From the human T2T-CHM13v2.0 reference genome, Homo sapiens, in the NCBI RefSeq assembly GCF_009914755.1, contig NC_060927.1: 64,000 nt of DNA, one strand, 5' to 3'. Position 1 is the stretch's first letter; the number at the start of each line of letters is the position of its first letter. Position numbers and translations under genes: made by a program. The notes under the pieces were generated by a model, which did no database searches, was not told where the DNA came from, and saw nothing but the letters and a program-made list of their open reading frames with translations. Of this stretch, positions 58,250 through 64,000 are shown one piece after another.

Positions 58250-60314
58250 TGAGCAGTGGGTTCTTTTGTACACTGGAAAGCCAGGGGACTTGGGCATCAA
58301 AGAGCTTGCCTTTTCCACTTGTCACATGCTTCATTTTCAAGATTGGTTAACTTCCACTCTGACTCCATTCTCCTCTTTTGCCCACAAATGCATGCGTGCC
58401 CATGACATACAAATGGGAGGACAATTCATTCCTCAGAGAGGTGAAGAAACTGGCAAGCTTACATACTGGTCTCAGAGGTTTGTGAATTGCTTTCAGAGGA
58501 AAGGCTGGGGAAATTTTTTTAATTTTGGGAAAAGCACATTTTTTCCCACTTGCACAACTCAAATAAGGCTGAACACTCCCATGCTGGAATTTTCCAAACC
58601 TTTTTCATTTCTCAGATGGAGAGAAGAACATTTAGACAAAGCAAAGCCTTGTTTTTAAGGGAGAAATGAGCTATATCTGTGGTGTACCTTTTGTTTGCTC
58701 AGATGAACTTGCATTTCAGGGACACAGAAGAGATAAAAACACAGGAGGCACAACCAGGATGGCTGGAGGCACCAAATCAACAGTCAGGAGACCACTGCCT
58801 CAATCATGGGGCTCAGGTATACTGTGCTATCAGAGATCAGGAAGAGAGGTCCACAGGGCTGATGTGGGCAAGGAGGGATTCTGGAAATGGATGGGTTAGA
58901 GTTTCACCTTTGAGTGTGAAGTGTTTGAGTAGGAGGAGGGCATGATAGGTGAGGAACACAGGAGAAGAGGCAGGGCCATGGGAATTTTTGAAGCGTGATC
59001 ATGTGTGGAGAAGCAGACCTGAATATACAGAAGGTAGAATAATGACAGACTTCTGGATAGGACCTTTCTAAGGTTAGGAGGTAGGATTAGCAGGACTGGC
59101 TTTTGGAAGGGAGGTGAGGAAAGTGCTCAGTTCGGGTGGTATTGGCTCATCTCTGGGCTCTTGGATACCGCAGGGGAGCAACAAAGTGCACCCTGATTCT
59201 TTGTTGTCGGCTACAAGATTAGGGGAAGACCATCATAGGAGACAAAAGAAGAGCAGGGTCACACTAGAACTTCTGTGCAACTTCCTTCCCAGTCCCTCCC
59301 AGCTCTGTCCGTACCCCTTCCTGTCTCTTTGTCTCCTGTCCCAACTCTATTTTTCTCCACCACACTTTACCGACACCTGAGACACTGTATGTTCACTTAT
59401 TTGTCTTGCATATGGTCTGTTCTCCTCGCTGGAATGTTAGCTCCGGGGACCACGATTTCCAGACACTACAAGAGTGCTGGCACAATAAATATCCGTTGAA
59501 TGGAAGAAGGAGTAGATAATATGGTCCAGGCCTGGTTACAAAGTGACAAGCTCTGCTGACAGAGTTTGAACTGGTTAGCAGAACCAGCAGTCAATTTGCT
59601 ACCATGCCCACAGCCAGGGTAGCTGTGTGAGGTATGAGTGTGTCTTTACCTGCCAAGAATAGCTTGCTTTTGTGGGGAACACCCTCACCTCAGCTTGGGC
59701 ACTAGGGAAAGCTGCAGGTGACACCGGCCTCCTTCAGGGGAACCTCTGTGCTCCTACTCTGACTCCGCCCAACAGCGTAACTTCCCACTCTCCGAGTTTG
59801 GGGCTTCTGCTGCCCCGCACCTCTGTGCAGCCTGAGTCTCACCTCCCTGGATGCCCATGGATGGCCCCTCTCCCCTGCTGCCCTCCTGCCAGCCTCAGTG
59901 GGCACCATGGACTGCTTCTGTGTGAGACCCTGGCTGGAAAGGGCAGGCAGAACTGGGGTTTGCTCTTCCCAACACCCACCCAGCCCCAACAAGCACCAAG
60001 AAGAAGGGCTGGCAGGGTTGTTTCCATGGTTCCGTGACCCCATAAAGTATCTTTCATTTTTCTCACAAAATGAGCCTCTTTTTCTCTCTTATATTTTCAT
60101 ATGGTACCCAGAAGCCCCTGGATTTCCTGGCATTTGTGTAAAGAATTCCAGCTATTCCATCCACAGTTTTCACACACAGCCCCTGCCAACAGACAGGCCA
60201 TCTGAGAGGCAGCCCGCGACCGTGGCCAGAGCTTGTGCTCCTGAGCTCTGGAGATCTGGCAAGGACTCTGGCTTCCCCACTGACCCCTTGTGTGCTCTTG
60301 GGTATTTTTAAAAT

Positions 60315-60573
60315 GCGGCCGGATCACGAGGTCAGGAGATCGAGACCATCCTGGCTAACACAGTGAAACCCCGTCTCTACTAAAAATACAAAAATCAGCT
60401 GGGCATGGTTGTGGGCGCCTGTAGTCCCAGCTACCCGGGAGGCTGAGGCAGGAGAATGGCGTGAACCCAGGAGGCGCAGCTTGCGGTGAGCCGAGATTGC
60501 GCCACTGCATTCCAGACTGGGCGACAGAGCGAGACTCCATCTCAAAACAAAACAAAACAAAACAAAACAAAAC
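60315..60573 (+). mobile_element. AluY, 5'-truncated, (CAAAA)n tail
   Basis: ggatcacgaggtcaggagatcgagaccatcctggctaacac; gaatggcgtgaacc. Confidence 0.95.
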
Positions 60574-60579
60574 AGTCTT

Positions 60580-60890
<311 letters not shown>

Positions 60891-62034
60891 CAACAAGTCT
60901 TATTTACTGTTATGGACATATAATAAACTACATGTAACAATTTGTTAATTTCAGCATTTCAGTCCTTCCCTTCCACCCCTCTCCCCAACCCCATCTCCGG
61001 GAAATCGCTGATCTGCTTTCTGTTCTTATAGATTAGTTTACCTTGTTTAAACGTTTATATAAGTGGAATCATTCAGTAGGCTCTTTTTTGTTGTTTTTGT
61101 TTTTTTCCACTTAGCATGATTCCCTTGATGAGTCATCCATGTCGTGTGTATCAATAGTTCATCGCTTTCTATTGCTAGGTAGTACGGCATTGTATGGATG
61201 GAGCACAGTTTGTTTACTCATTTCTCTTTTGATGGACATTTGGCTTTTTTTCCAGAATCATTACTATTACGAATAAAGCTCCTAGGAACATTCAAGTTCA
61301 AATATTTGTATGGATATATAGTTCCTTTTTTCTTGAATAGTCACCCAGGAAAGAAATGGCTGGTTAATATGGTAAGCATATGTCAACGTTTAAAGAAACT
61401 GCCAAATGGCTTTCTGAACTCATTGTACTATTTTACATGGTCACCCACAACATATGAGAGTATCACTGCCTCTGCCTACTCACCAATGCGTGGTATAGTA
61501 AATCTTAATTTCAGCCATTCTAAATGATGTGTAGTAGTATTTCACTGTGGTTTTAATTTGAATTTCCCTAGTGGCTCATGCTGTTGGGCATCTTTTCATG
61601 TGCCTATTTGCCAACCTTACATCTTCTTGGCAAAGTATCTGTTCAAATATTTTGTCCCTGTCCCCCTTTAAAATTGGGTTCTTTATTTTCTTATTGTTGA
61701 GTTTAAGAATTCTTTCTGTATTCTGGACAGAAGTCCTTTATCAGACATATACTTTGCAAATGTATTCTTTCAGCTGTGGCTTGTCTTTTTTGTATTCTTA
61801 ATAGTGTATTTTGAAGAGCAAAAGTTTTAAATTTTGATGAAGTCCAACCTATCCACTTATTCTTTTATGGACTATGCTTTTGGTGTTGTATCTAAGAAAC
61901 CAATCACCGACACAAGGTTGTGAATATTTACTCCTATGTTTTCTTCTAAGAGTTGTATAGCTTTAGCTCTTACATTAATGTCTATGATCCATTTTGAGTT
62001 AATTTTTATTAATGGCAAAAAGAGTGACTCCAAG

Positions 62035-62117
62035 TCCTTCTTTCCTTCCTTTCTTTCCTTTCTCTTCTTTCTTTCTTTTCTTTCTTTCTTTTCTTCCCTC
62101 CTTCCTTCCTTTCTTTT

Positions 62118-62177
<60 letters not shown>

Positions 62178-62214
62178 TCCTTCTTTCCTTCTTTCTTTCC
62201 TTCTTTCTTCCTTC

Positions 62215-62257
<43 letters not shown>

Positions 62258-62302
62258 TTTCTTTCTTTCTTTCTTTCTTTCTTTTTCTTTCCCTGTTTTT
62301 TT
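62035..62302. repeat. Compound (TTTC)n/(TTCC)n microsatellite: expanded tail of the adjacent Alu
   Basis: About 265 nt of almost pure pyrimidine on +. Confidence 0.95.

Positions 62303-64000
<1,698 letters not shown>

Overview
This is primate genomic DNA, almost certainly human (Alu/L1/MIR/L2/MaLR repeats, CpG islands). It contains the complete AMOTL2 (angiomotin-like 2) gene on the minus strand, about 18.5-38.5 kb. I rebuilt nine coding exons by hand from GT-AG junctions and phase. They give a 2343-nt, 780-aa CDS with the LPTY and PPQY WW-binding motifs, the HVRSLS LATS site, a coiled coil and a C-terminal EILI PDZ ligand. There is a non-coding exon 1 and an upstream coding alternative first exon that adds 58 aa (838 aa). 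Two tandem acceptors give +/-1 aa and +/-2 aa micro-isoforms. MIR6827, a tailed mirtron, ends at the exon 3 acceptor. Downstream lies a full-length RPL39 retrocopy (RPL39P5-like) with an intact 51-aa ORF that the ORF track missed. Upstream lies a disabled, 3'-truncated HMGN1 retrocopy. The rest is repeat-rich intergenic DNA with several TEAD/AP-1 motif clusters. I found no well-supported novel biological system. The best leads are the intact RPL39 retro-ORF placed for AMOTL2 read-through, the mosaic HMGN1 insertion inside a split MIR, and candidate TEAD/AP-1 elements, one apparently derived from an L2 repeat. Gene and repeat names come from recall, not a database search, and repeat boundaries are approximate.
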